The notes beneath the pieces are model-generated. The model was not told the DNA's origin, searched no databases, and saw nothing but the letters and a program-made list of their open reading frames with translations. A stretch of DNA of 64,000 nt, from the NCBI RefSeq assembly GCF_963921235.1, contig NC_086108.1, positions 28,708,001 to 28,772,000 on the forward strand. Direction: 5' to 3'. The first letter of the stretch is position 1. Each line of letters begins with the position of its first letter. The stretch comes from Mobula hypostoma. Taxonomy: Eukaryota. Shown here piece after piece: positions 13,251 to 25,784 of this stretch. A program made the translations under genes and the position numbers.

Positions 13251-15034
13251 ATATGGTGACCTATATGTACTCTGATATAAATTTACTTTGAACTTTGAAG
13301 TACTCAACATTTAATGAAATCTAGTTGCTATCATAACAAAGAATTCACAGCAGGCAGATGCTGTACGCAAATTCCCAAATCAATGTGATAATGGCCAGGT
13401 GACATATTTTAATAATCTTGCTTGAAGTATCTTTCATGTACATTTAATTAATAAATGTATTGTATTTACTTGATGCAAACAATTTAAAAATTGCTGACCA
13501 AAAATATCCTAATAGAAAATAAACTAAAAACCTGTAGGTGGTGCTGATTTTCAGTTTTACCACTTTGCAATGCAGGGTGCAGAAGCGGAACGTGGGAATT
13601 TAATGATTGAGAATGGAGTAGAAAGAAATGTCAATCTTATTTTAACAGACGAGCCATTTAGGAAGTAGAACTATTCCATTTCATGAAATGGAACATCAAA
13701 CAAAAAGGCACTCGTTTGAATTTTGCAAGAGACTTTAAACTAACTTTAGATTCAGCTTCTGGATTGAGCTTCAACCTTCAGTACAATTATAACATTTCTA
13801 CATCAAAGCAGACATTAAGTGCGTGCAGAATTTACACAGCAGCTGTTACAGTGCAGGGTCCCTTTGCATAATGACGTGCACATGCTCCATGCAAATAAAA
13901 TGAATTCCTGGGAAGCATAATTCTGTTAAAGTAATTTGAACTACTGGACGTGTTTATGCATTTGATCATCATAAATAATTTTGACTGCATAAATTTCTTT
14001 AGCAATATAGTCAAAATAAAAATATTTTTGTGATATGTCCTCTTGGTATTCTGCCTGAGAATGCTCTAACTTCAGTCAGGTTCTATCTAGATATGATGTA
14101 CTAACTCTAAATGACTGGATAGACACAAAATGCATTGAAATTACCAAACCTTCATGTCGAAACATAGTTTAGGTTGAATATTGACTTCATACAGTCAAAG
14201 CAGTAATGTCCAAGTTTCCCTCCCTTTCCTCATGGAAGGTCATTCGGTGGAGCAGCACAGGAGACATTTCCTTGGAGATCCTGACTAAGGCCCTTCTCAT
14301 GAGCAGGCTTTCATACCCCTCATGAAAATACTCCGATTCTGTGGCACTGAAGTTCTCCATTCTTGACGATACAGCCATAACCTCCTCTTACTATAAATCC
14401 ACTCGTCATTTCATCTAAATCGAATTTAACTTAACCTGAGAGCGAAGGCAGCAGCTTTCTTACCAGTTTATTCATATCACCTACATCGCTGATTTAACTC
14501 ATCAGTACACTGCATCATCCTGTACACCCCTACCTTTATTTGCCCATTATACAAGCAAATGTAGCAAGACTCAGCATCTGGGTTTCAATGGATTATTTAG
14601 TACTTCTGTCTCCAGAAAGTACAAAAATATAGAGTCATGGAATCTCACAGCACAGGACACTGTTCAGCCCATTGCACCAGGCTGGCTCTGTCCTACTCAA
14701 CTCCACATTAACTTTAGCCCCCTTTTCCTTAATATATGATCCTTTTCAAATACATGTGCCATAATCCTTTAAGATATCCAATGGAATCTGATTTTGACTA
14801 TTTTTTGATGGGCTCTATTAGATGTAAGCAATTACTTAAAAACTTGTCTCCATTTTTTCCAATTGGCAAATTATGTTAACTCTGATTTGTGGCCCTTGAG
14901 TCAAAACTGGTCAGAGAGGAAACAGCTTTTCTCTTCTCGATTTACCAAGCACATCAGCATGTTTAGGGCTTGATCTTTTTACTTACAATTCAGTTTAGGT
15001 TTTTGTTTGGTTTTTCTAATTATTCAACAAAATG

Positions 15035-15815
15035 TATTTATTTATTTAGAGATAGTGCGGAATAGGCCCTTCTGGCCCTTCGAGCCATCTATTTAATTGG
15101 CACAGTAGTGTAGTGGTTAGCACAATGCTTTACAGTACCAGTGAGCCCCTATTCTATTGCTGCCACTGTCTGTAAGGAGTTTGTACCTTCTCCCTGTAAC
15201 TGTGTGAGCTTCCTTCCACAGTCCAAAGACGTACCCGTTGGTAGATTAATTGGTTATTGTAAATTGTCCTGTGATTGGGCTAGGGATAAATTGGGGGCTG
15301 CTGGGTGGCAAGGCCTGAGGGGCCTGGAGGGCCTTTACCGCAGTGTGTCTCAAAACAAAAGGTACTTGGAACTGGGTACAAGAGGGAAGACAGAGGTAAG
15401 TTTTTCGCACAAAGAGTTGTGGGTGCATGGAATACACGACCAACGACAGTGGTGGAGGCAGATACAATAGGGTCTTTTAAGAGACTCTTAGATAGGTACA
15501 TGGAGCTTAGAAAAATAGTGTAGTGAAATGCTAGGCAATTTCTAGAGTAGGTTACATTGTAGAGTAGGGCACAACATTGTGGGCCGAAAGGCCTACAATG
15601 TGCTGTAGATTTAAAAACACAAAAAAAGTACAATTTACAATGACCAATTAACCTACTAACCAGTGCGTCTTTGGACCTGAGCACAAGAAGGAAACCCACG
15701 TGCTCACGGGAAGGAACATACAAACTTTCTTACAGAGGACACCAGAATTGAACTCCAAACTCCAACGCCCCAAGCTATAATAGTGTTGCACTAACCACTA
15801 TGCTACGGTGGTGCC
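15035..15815. mobile_element. Nested cluster: minus-strand V-SINE (15035-15095 and 15628-15815) interrupted by a plus-strand V-SINE (15099-15355) and a CR1 3' end (15358-15612)
   Basis: SINE tail and head are visible on both strands. CR1 peptide GKFFAQRVVGAWN..TIGSFKRLLDRYMELRKI is in ORF 15305-15523. Confidence 0.75.
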
Positions 15816-16267
15816 CATTGATAAAATCATACCATAGATAGCATACCATTTACCATAGATAAAATTAGCTGGTTTTATCTGGGTAAGGAATAATAAAATG
15901 CATCAGCTTTGTTCTCTATGTTCAAGAGCATTATGAACATTAAAGTTTGTCACTCTCCACAATGTCACCACTGTCAATGCATTGTGATTGATAAGTAATC
16001 CTTATGCCCATGTTGAAAGCATTGTGCTCTATCCCTAAAATGAAATGAATGGAGGTATAATTTTTGTGTGGTTTACATTTACTGCCAATGTTCTTTAATT
16101 TTACTGATAGAACTCAACAAGTTATTCAAGTAGGTCTGATGGACAGTGATGGCATCAAGAAATTAAACAATTAGTTTCTATTTTTATGCAGTTAACACCA
16201 AACAAAAGACTAACCAAAAAAGCCAAAAGATAACTATATAAAATGTTTACTTGTTTTATTCAGTCAC

Positions 16268-16612
16268 TCAAGATTAAGATTGAGATTAACTTTATTTGTC
16301 ATATGTACATCAAAACTTCAGAGCAAACAGTGAAATGCATCATTTGCATCAAATCAAATAAGCGAGGTTTGTGCAGTGGCAGCCCACAAGAGTTACCATG
16401 CTTCTCGCACCGACATAGCATGCCCACAGCTCACTGGCCCTGACCATATGTCTTTGGAATGTGGGAGGAAACCAGAGCACCCAGAGGAAACACACAGTCA
16501 CAGGGAGAACATACAAACTCCTTAGAGATATCAGTGGGAATCAGACACCAATCAGTGATAACTCATGCTGTAAAATGGTTGTGTTAACTGCTATGCTGCA
16601 GTGCTACCACAG
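16268..16612 (-). mobile_element. V-SINE with a Rex1-type (not CR1-type) 3' tail
   Basis: V-domain reverse complement gtgggaggaaaccagagcacccagaggaaac. The tail on - reads gcatttcactg..gtacatatgacaaataaagttaatctcaatctt. Confidence 0.7.
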
Positions 16613-17409
16613 CTCTATGCCTTGCCTGGTTCAAAAGGATCAAATTCTCCACTCAACTTCACACTTTCATCTCTAATACCCTCATCAACCCTCCTGTATT
16701 AATTCCTAAGGGCGCTCACATCTTTCTTGTGATGCTCAGAGATGTACACAATATTCCGGAGGCGGATGGTAAAGATACAACAGGAGGCCTTGTTTCCTTG
16801 TTCAGTACACCCACTTACATTGTCAGATATCCATAGGTTTTATACAGCTTCCCTGCCACATCCAAGGATTTCTGATTATGCATCTCCCAGCTCCGTCCAT
16901 TCTTGTACCCTTTCAAACTGATACTTTTTAAATTATTAAATGTCTGTAGGTTATTTCCCTCAAAACACATCACTTCACAACGGCTTAAGTTTAAAGCACA
17001 TGTGCTTCACTGGTTGCTCAATGCTCCTTGTGCATGCATTTTCAAAGTCACCATATTGATGGATCTGGAGTCACATATAGACTGGAAATAGCAGATCTAC
17101 ATCCCAGAAAACATTTATGAACCATTGCATAAACACTTACGAAAAATTGCTTTAACAGCAATCTGGTGGTTAAGTGGCAATGACTGCTAATGTATCGTGT
17201 CTTTATAAATCCCAGGTTATTAACAGATACCAGGCTGGGATTTGCTCAGGTGTCTTGATGGTGAATGCAGGTCTCTGAGTTACTAGATTGCTAATATAAA
17301 TACTAACCCGTATGCTTTCATGTATTGCTTACTTCACCATTATGCGTATGCTCTCCTAAAACCTGTTCCTTTCCACTTTACCTTTTCCTCCCCCCACATT
17401 TCCAAGTTT

Positions 17410-18345
17410 GGAATTGGTTTATTATCGTCACATGTATCAAGATGCAGTGAAAGACTTATCTAACATACTGTTCGTACAGATCAAATCATTATACAGTGCA
17501 TTGTGGTAGAACAAGGAAAAAATGATAACAGAATACAGAATAAAATACAAGAGCTAAAGAAAATGTTCACTGCAAGTGAACAGTAACGTGTAAGATCATA
17601 ATGAGGTAGATTGTGAGGTGACAAGTCCTTATTGTCATACTAGTAAACAAAGCAATAGTATTAGAACAGCAGGGTCGAAGCTGTCCTTGAGCCTGGTGGT
17701 ACTTGCTTTCAGACTTTTGTATCTTCTGCCTGTTGGAAGAGGGGAGAAGAGAGAACGTCCAGGGTGAGTATTTTGATAATGCTGGCTGCTTCAGTGAGAC
17801 AGTGAGAAATACTACCTGTGTCCACAGAGAGGAGGCTGGTTTTCATGATGTGCTCAGCAGTGATCATGACACTCTGCAGCTTTTTGCAGTCTTGTGTAGA
17901 GCAGTTGCCTCGCCAAGCATCCAGATAGGATGCTTTCTACAGTACATCAATAAAAACTGGGAAAATTGACGGGGGCATGCAAAATTTCTATAGCCTCCTG
18001 AGAAAGCAGAGGTGACTGTGAACTTTGTTAGATATTGTATCTTTACGGTTGGACCATGTTCACTCTTCGGAGCTTGAAGCTCTCGACCTCAACACCATTC
18101 ATGTAGAAAGGAGCATGTGCACCATCCCCTTCCTGAGGTCAGTGACCAGCCGTTTTGCTTTGCTGACTTTGAGGGAAAGGTTGTGTAATGGCATCATGTT
18201 ATGAAGCTCTCTATCTCCTTCCTGTGCTGTTTGCTCTTTGAGATACAGCCCACTGCCAACTTACAGGTGGATTTAGGGTAGAATCAGGTCACACAGCCCT
18301 GAGTGCACAGGGAGTAGAGTATGGAGCTGAAGTCAAAACATGGGG
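17410..18345 (-). mobile_element. Decayed Rex1/Babar-like LINE 3' portion
   Basis: Reverse complement similar to 8165-9030 and 27340-28410; 3' tail ggtttattatcgtcacatgtatcaagatgcagtgaaag on +. Confidence 0.7.
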
Positions 18346-18875
18346 AACACTAACGTTTAATACTACATCAAATTTTGAAACTGCCTTCTTCAGAAGCAAA
18401 AGAGAAAAGGTAATCAAACCATATAGAGGTCTGTCTTTGAGTCAATACCCCACATAATTTTAATTAATTACGGAACTCTACATATGAAAGGAAGTAATGG
18501 CAACAACCTTTTCAGAAAGCAGGAGTTCAGCATGAGGCACATAACAAGGGTCTATACTTTGGTAAAATAGCAAGAGTGTTGAGCCATGAAGAGCCATAGA
18601 GTCATAAACACAGAGTTATGGGCTCCTACCATTAACTGAGGGGTTCATGGATCCAGGATGGAAACTCCTGGTTGACAGCTTGTTTTTCCCTAGTTGCAGC
18701 AGGCAGAGCATCAGAAAGGAGCAATCACCAGTTTTCTGACTGGCCACATGCTTTGCCATTAAAAAGGTTGGGTTAAGCGTGGCCATTGTGAGCGTGGGTC
18801 AGTGTAGGAGCCAAGGTGTTGGCTAGAGAGGCTTCAGCAAGGTGGAACAGGTGAGTAGCATGTAAGTATCTGATA

Positions 18876-19420
18876 AGCACACATAAAATGCTGGAGGAAC
18901 TCAACAGGTTAGGCAACATCTATGGAAATGAATCAAGAGTCAACGTTTCAGGCCAAGACCCTTTCAGGACTGAAAAGGAAGGAGGACAAGGTAGAAGATG
19001 ATAGGTGAAACCATGCCGGGTGGAGAGGGGGGAGGGGAAGAAGTAAGAAGCTGGGAGGTGATAGGTGGAAAAGGCAAAGGGCTAGAGAAGGAGGAATCTG
19101 ATTGGAGAAGAGAGTGGACCATGAGAGAAAGGGGAGGAGGAGGGGCACCAAAGGAAATTGATGGGCAGATTAGGAGAAATAAGAGACTGGAGTGGGGAAT
19201 AGAAGAGAAGGGAAGGGGGACAAGTCAGATTGGGAATGGGAATAGGAATTAAAATGTTTGGCCTCTGGGAAATTCCACTATTTGCGGATGGAGCAGAGGT
19301 GCTTGACAAACAATTCCTCCAACTCATGTCAGATCTCACCAATGGAGAGAGATAGAGCTCCTCCTGTTCACACCTACCATCCCAAGAGCCTTCACATCCA
19401 ACACATTATTCTCTGCAAGA
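18876..19420 (-). mobile_element. PLE remnant (terminal repeat, purine-rich 3' UTR, rearranged coding scraps)
   Basis: aaaatgctggaggaactcaacagg..gtcaacgtttcaggccaagaccc and a GA-rich tract homologous to 3580-4190. Confidence 0.75.
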
Positions 19421-19424
19421 AAGC

Positions 19425-20115
19425 TGAAAATGTTCACTTAATGGTAGACCCCTTAAAAACGTTGAGGTCCAGAGGAATCTTGAGGTTGAGGTCCATAGTT
19501 CACTGAAGGCTGCTATGCAAAAGAAGGTGTATGACATGATTGTCTTCATTAGCAGTGGTGTTGAGTATAAGAGTAAGGAAGTCATGTTGCAGCTATGTAA
19601 AATTTTGGTTAGATTATACTTGGAGTATTGTGTGCAGTCTTGGTCGCCCCATTATAGCAACAAATTGGATGCTCCTGAAGAGGTTGACAATCATTAGAAG
19701 GTATGTCCCTAAAGGAAAGGTTGGACAAACTTGGGCTGTACTCTCTAGAACTTTGGAGGCTGAGGGGAAACCTAATATAGGTTTTTAAAATTAAAAGAGG
19801 CATAGATAGAGTACACATCTGAATCTTTTTCAAGGATATAAATATCAATTGCCAGAGGACATGATTTTAAGGGTGGAGAGGAATTTAAAGATGGCATGAG
19901 AGCCAAGTTTTTATTTATGCAGAGAGTGATAGGTTTTCTGTAAGAGTTTACCAAGGCTAGTAGTGGAACGAGGAAGTTTGGTGGAGTTTAAGAGGCTTTT
20001 TAGATGGAGGCATGCATATGAAGTGGTGATACATAGGAGAAAGACATTTAATATAAATTGGTATTGATATTGGCACAACATTGTCCAGTGTTGTTGATTT
20101 TCTGTGTTCTATGTA
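19425..20115 (+). mobile_element. Decayed CR1 3' portion
   Basis: ORF 19515-19697 VEYKSKEVMLQLCKILVRLYLEYCVQSWSPHY; tail ttctgtgttctatgt. Confidence 0.8.
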
Positions 20116-20252
20116 CTAACCTGCAATCCTTTGGGATGTGGGATGAAACCAGAGGACATGGAGGAAACGCACATGGCACAGACAGCACCAAAGGTCAGGA
20201 TTGAACTCGGGCTGCTGGAGCCGTGAGTCAGCTGCACCAGAATGCCACCCAA
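20116..20252 (-). mobile_element. V-SINE 5' remnant
   Basis: ctttgggatgtgggatgaaaccagaggacatggaggaaac..caggattgaactcgggctgctggag. Confidence 0.6.
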
Positions 20253-21059
20253 TGATAAAAAAAATGAGTATCAGTCTGATTGCAGTGTGTTGATGGCAAT
20301 ATTAACTCTGCAGTGAGAAAATTAAAATAAAATTTGAGGGGGAAATGCAAAGGCGAATCGATGAAGGATCTTTATCTGAAATTTTAACAGTTTCTTTTTT
20401 GTAAAGGTACTATCTGACCTGTTAAATGCTCCCAGCATTTTCTGGTTTCATTTCAGGCTTCTAGTTCTTTTCAAAAGTTTCCATCCAAAGTGGATGGGTC
20501 CTGAATAGCAAAGTAGAAATATTGAAACAGAAAATGGAATTTTGTTGTTTTTTCAAATGAATGGCAATAAATACAAAAGCAGGAGACTGATGTTGAGGGT
20601 ATTCAGGGAGACAGGATAGATCACCACTAAAATATTTTTAGTTTTAATAGTTTGCTCAATATGTCAGCAGAGAAGGTATCATATATATGTACAGGAGCTA
20701 CAGAAAGTATAGCTATAAATATAGGTATACTGTAACTCCAATAATCCAGCATCCAACTGTTCAGAAACTTCTCACTAGTCTGGAATGAGAGGAGAAGAAC
20801 ATGGGTAGTTCTGCAAGGCCAAGGTCCTGAGTACTTGTATATTTACTGCTCCCTTTAAGCTCAGTGGAGTCACTGGGAAATTTATTATGCAACTGTGTAA
20901 TATGTCAAAAAGAAGTGCACTTAGGTTGCAAATACCTGCCAGAGGAACTTGTGGGTTGAACAGCATTTGTGAGGGGAAAGGAACTGTTGGTGCTTTGGGT
21001 TGAAACCCTGCATCAGAACTCTGTATTTAGGTGTTATGTGTAACATTCAGTAGCTTCTC

Positions 21060-21965
21060 AAAGTTGAAAGTACATTTATTGTCAAAGTGTTTACACATTA
21101 TACAACCCTGAGATTCATCACCTTACACAAAACAAGAAACCTCAAAGAGCCCATTAAAAAAAGACTGACAAACACCCAACCTGCAGAGAGAAAAAAAACT
21201 ATGTCAGCAATAAAAGTAAGCAAATAGCATTTATAACAAAAGTGAGTCCTCAGACACGAAGCACAGAGCAGCCGAAGCAGGCCCACAGCCTCAGTTCAGC
21301 ACATTGCGGAGTAAATGCCATGAGCAGTGAGCAGAACTTGCCTGACCCTCTCCTCTGGTCCCAACGCTCTGTCTTTTCAATCCATCTGGCTCACTGTTTA
21401 AATTGTCCAAACATCAGGTCATTCCTCTCTCTAAGAGCTGGGCCTTGTTGCATCAATACACTCCGGGCCTGGACCCTGCTGCCACATTTCAGCCCATATC
21501 CAACTTTTCCAAATCAGCCCAGCACTTAGATCGATCAAATTTCGCTCTAGGTTTGGGTTAACGGACCCCAATCCTGCGTCTCCACCTTTGCTCCACTCCG
21601 CTCACCTTGACTTTGTCTCATATGTGCCTTGACTCACCCTAACTTCGCCTTGCACCTGCATGTTTCATCCCTTGACTTAGCCACACCTTTGCTCACTTTA
21701 TCAAAGGTTCAAACTGTCATTTAAAGGTTCAAAGGTTCATTTATTATCAAAGCACGTATCCATATACAACTCTGAAATTCACCTTCTCCAAATAGCCACA
21801 AAACAAAGAAAGAGCATGAAATTCGTTCGGAGAGAAACCCCCTCCCACCCATACAAAAGAGACTAACAGAACATCAACCCCCAAACACCCTCCCCTCACA
21901 CAACAAAATGGAAAAGGTACGGGTGATAAAGAACACAGAATATAAAAACCATGTCTGAAATGCAC
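21060..21965 (-). mobile_element. Two LINE/SINE 3'-tail remnants of Rex1 type (about 21060-21260 and 21700-21965)
   Basis: aagttgaaagtacatttattgtcaaagt and aaaggttcaaaggttcatttattatcaaag are reverse complements of the tail at 28600-28642. Confidence 0.5.
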
Positions 21966-24110
21966 CATTTTAAACCGGAAATGTCTCGCGCTACAAGTCT
22001 TAAGTATGATGGGTTATAAGAGTTTTACTGTATTATTTACTGAAGAAAGTTAAACCAAATAACTTTGAGCTGGGTTGTGTGGCTAGAGGCATAGCTTTTG
22101 AAAACTGGAATTCAACACCAAATCTGTCAATCAAACCAAACCCAGACTTCTGTGATTAACAATGAAGGCACCAAATTTCCAACCGTGCTTCAATCTGAAC
22201 CATCCTCATTGGGCCCCTGACATCTTCCAATGTGGTTTGGGCCACAGGAATTATACCATGTGCTTTTACACTTATCGAATACATCAATTTTACAAAGTGC
22301 CTTCTGAAGTGAAAAGCAGCAGGTTACAGAGAGTTGTGATCACTGTAGTTCCACAGTTAATGTTCGAAACTACAAATTTCAGAATAAAATAATCAGCATT
22401 TTAAAACAAGATGTTCTCACTTCCCAAGTGCTCCTCTGAACTCAGACCTCCTGTTGTGAGTCAGACCTATTTAAATCAAGCAATTAACTTTGCTAGATGG
22501 AATGCATTCTGCATTATCAAATCCAATGACTCATGAACCGAAACTGTCTCCTGATCTCTGTGCTGCGGATGGGGGCAGCAGGCTACAGGATGAACAATTA
22601 CCTCTTAATCACAGTGCAGTGATGAAGACAATGCGGGATGCCTATTATATTGTCTTTCATACTCTGAAAGGCAGTAAATGCGATATTCCTTGAGAACCAT
22701 AATTGACTCAATGTATTTACAAGTCACATAATTGGAATCCAGATACAATATTGAAAATATCCAAAATATAAAGACTGATTATAGAGATACATAGTATGAA
22801 AGCAGGCCTCTGAGTCCTTCTTGACATCAAGAACCCACTGAATTAATAAAATACTTGTTCTATTCTCCCTAAATTTATATCAATTCCCCCTCTCAGTTTC
22901 TACCACTCAACGACACACTAGAGGTAACTTAAAGTAGTCTTGCCTGGGTTTAACTTACTGAAGTTCAACAACTTGTACTTGTCTATGTTAAATCCCATCT
23001 CCCATTCTTTCGTCCACTTCACTAATTGATCTAGGACCTATTATTCTTGGATAACCCTTTTCACTGTCCACTATACCACCAATTTTGGTGTCATCCACAA
23101 ACTTAATAATGATGCCCATTACAGTCTCATCCAGATAGCTTAAGATAGTATTTCAAAAGACATCTAAATTTATATTATGTGGCACTTTCAATACAACATC
23201 TCCTAAAAGATATCAAAAGTGCATTAACAAATAAAAGTGATTCTGAGCCACAAAGAAAAGATGCGCAAGGTTTTGGTTGGAAAGGACGACTAAGGGAGTG
23301 TCTAACAAGACAGTAGCGAGAGACAAGGAAGTGAGAAAGCCTGAGAGAATTCCAAAATCCTCATATGCTCATTCAGTTAAATATTGAATAACTTAGTCAT
23401 AATAATCAATTATCCATGGCTGCTAATCTCCAGCCTTTTTTACCTTGGGCAAACACAAATAGTCAATACTTCAGATTAACTGATATGTTGGATTGAAAAA
23501 TCTGACCATATTTCAAATATGCCTCAGGGAGTGTACTGTAGGACATGCCAAGTTTGACAAGGATACCTTCACCGCTCTGTATTTTGCTGCTGCTACCTTC
23601 TTCAGTCTATGATTTTTTTCCTCTCTATGTTCTAACTGTACCCATTCACTCATTGAACAGCAACCTTGTTTACAGCTTATCCTCATGCTCATCCTGTCAG
23701 TACTCTATCAGATACATAAGCCTCCCCCAAGCTTCCTGCAGCTCAACAAGCTTCTTTCATCTTCTTAGTTCTGTCAAAGATTCTTCAACCTGAAATTTTT
23801 AGCTCTGCTTTTCTTCACATAGATGTGCCCTGGCCTGAGTACTTCCAGCATTCTTATTTCAAAGTATTTGTCCAGAAGGAGAGAATACGTTAGCATAGCG
23901 GTTACCGCGACACTATTACGGCTTGGAGTGTTGGAATTTGGAGTTCAGTTCTGGCAACCTCTGTAAGCAAGTCTGTACGTTCCTTCCCCTGTGTGCGTAG
24001 GTTTCATCTAGGTGCAACCAGCTTCCTCACAGAGTCCAAAGATGAACCGGTTAGTAGGTTAATTGTTCATTGTAAATTGTCCCATGATTAGGCTAAGGTT
24101 AAATATGTGG

Positions 24111-24322
24111 ATTTAAAAACGTAAACACGAGGAATTCTGCAGATGCTGGAATTTCAAGCAACACACATCAAAGTTGCTGGTGAACGCAGCAGTCCAGGCA
24201 GCATCTCTAGGAAGAGGTACAGTCAACGTTTCAGGCCCAGACCCTTCGTCAGGACTCGGCCCGAAACGTCGACTCTACCTCTTCCTAGAGATGCTGCCTC
24301 GCCTGCTGCGTTCACCAGCAAA
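24111..24322. mobile_element. Young fold-back mini-PLE with perfect 12-bp TSD
   Basis: TSD ttaaatatgtgg at 24099-24110 and 24323-24334. Arms at about 24174-24240 and 24256-24321 are inverted repeats. Confidence 0.9.
24220..24256 (-). ncRNA. Minimal type-I hammerhead ribozyme motif in a PLE terminal repeat (core intact)
   Basis: Minus strand reads AGUC-CUGACGA-A-GGGU(CUGG)GCCU-GAAA-CG-U-U/GACUG. This gives helix I AGUC:GACU, the conserved CUGANGA and GAAA boxes, a palindromic ACGU helix III and a GUU cleavage triplet. Confidence 0.7.
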
Positions 24323-25784
24323 TTAAATATGTGGTTTGCTGGGTGGCGCAGCTCAAAGGGCTGGAAAGGCCTGTTCTGTGCTGTGTCTCTAAATAAAAAT
24401 AAAACATGTTTATCTATGTCCTGGCAAAACATAAACCCAGAATACAGAGGACCCTCACACTCACTCTCAGCTGAATACCATTTTATTGCTTGGATTAATT
24501 GGATATTTAACATTGGAAACCTGGTTGGGAACTGATCTTATCCAATGCTGAAGGACTTGGAATAGTGTTCAGTCCTACAGATGTTGACTGACCTACCACA
24601 TCTTCCACAGCTGGTATTCTCTGTGAGTGCCAATAATGTAGTGCTAGGTACCTCTCCGCAGGTGGTGTGTACATGTGTAGTTTCTATTCATAATTGTATG
24701 GTTAGGAAGCGAAGGAAATCATTTAAGTTCTCACCTGATTGCCCTCTGTCCCTGGTTCAGCAGCACAGAGAAAGATCGGAGCTTTTCATTTCTGGTTACA
24801 GCTGATGTTATTGAGTCTCAGCATGAGTGAGAGAGTGGGAGTGCAAATTCAAGTGAGTATGCAAAAGGGAGCGAATGAGATCAAAAGTACAAGAATGTGT
24901 GAGACAGACAGAGAGACAGGGAGACCTTGACTGTTCAGCTGGAAACCATATAAAGAAGTGAAGTTATCCACTAGACCAGAAAAGCCCCAGGGAACCATGG
25001 TCATGTGAATATTCACATCACAGAACCTCACAGACCGATAATAAGCCAACAAATCAAAATAAAAAATAAGGATAGGCAGCAGCATGACTGCTTTATGCTC
25101 CTGTTACCAAAGCAACAAGATCTTTTGCTTCTGCCACATAATGCAATGGACCAAACTGGAGCATGGGTGCCACCCCCTCACAGACACCCCCACCCACTGC
25201 ATATGGTACCATTCACTGTGACAGATGCAAGGAATCAAATGGTTCAGAAAGGCCACATCATTTCAAGCGGTGGTCTCCATTTGCCCAGAACAAGCTACAG
25301 AAGCAGGTATTAGTGCCTTGAAGATCAAGTCAGAGGAATTGTTGGCTGTGCTCTTTATGCCCTTAATTAACTAACAGCCACCACTGTGACAATTAGCCTG
25401 AGTTGCCATAGAGATCGGATAATGAGCTGACTAACTCTCTTCTACCTTTTTTTAGAAAGATGCAGTTATTTGCACATTTTTATTTTCTCTAATTTTGATC
25501 TTTTTACAGTGTTGACTCCCTGCAACTTCTGTGAAGGATTAGCATTCAATTATCAGAGTTTTGCATTTTACCATATTTCCATCTTGCTTCCGACTGTTAG
25601 AATACTTGTAAGACAGACTCAAAAAAATAGCCACATCAATTCTGCCTGAATAAAACAGAACTGAGCATCTTCATTTAAATTGTGACCTTACTTGTGCTTT
25701 GCTCGAGATAAAACTTCCAAATCAGATCTTATTAATCTGACCCAATCCAGACTGATAGGAATTTGGATTGTGTTGAGGTCATTC

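Larger units (their letters stand above)
23881..24404 (+). mobile_element. V-SINE interrupted by a mini-PLE
   Basis: tRNA-like head, V-domain, gtccaaagatgaaccggttagtaggttaattg; the tail resumes at 24335 (gggctggaaaggcctgttctgtgctgtgtctctaaataaa). Confidence 0.85.

Noticed and set aside
14187..14378. ORF MAVSSRMENF...LDITALTV with a possible GT donor
   Set aside because: In-frame stops lie just upstream, the donor is weak and there is no recognisable homology.
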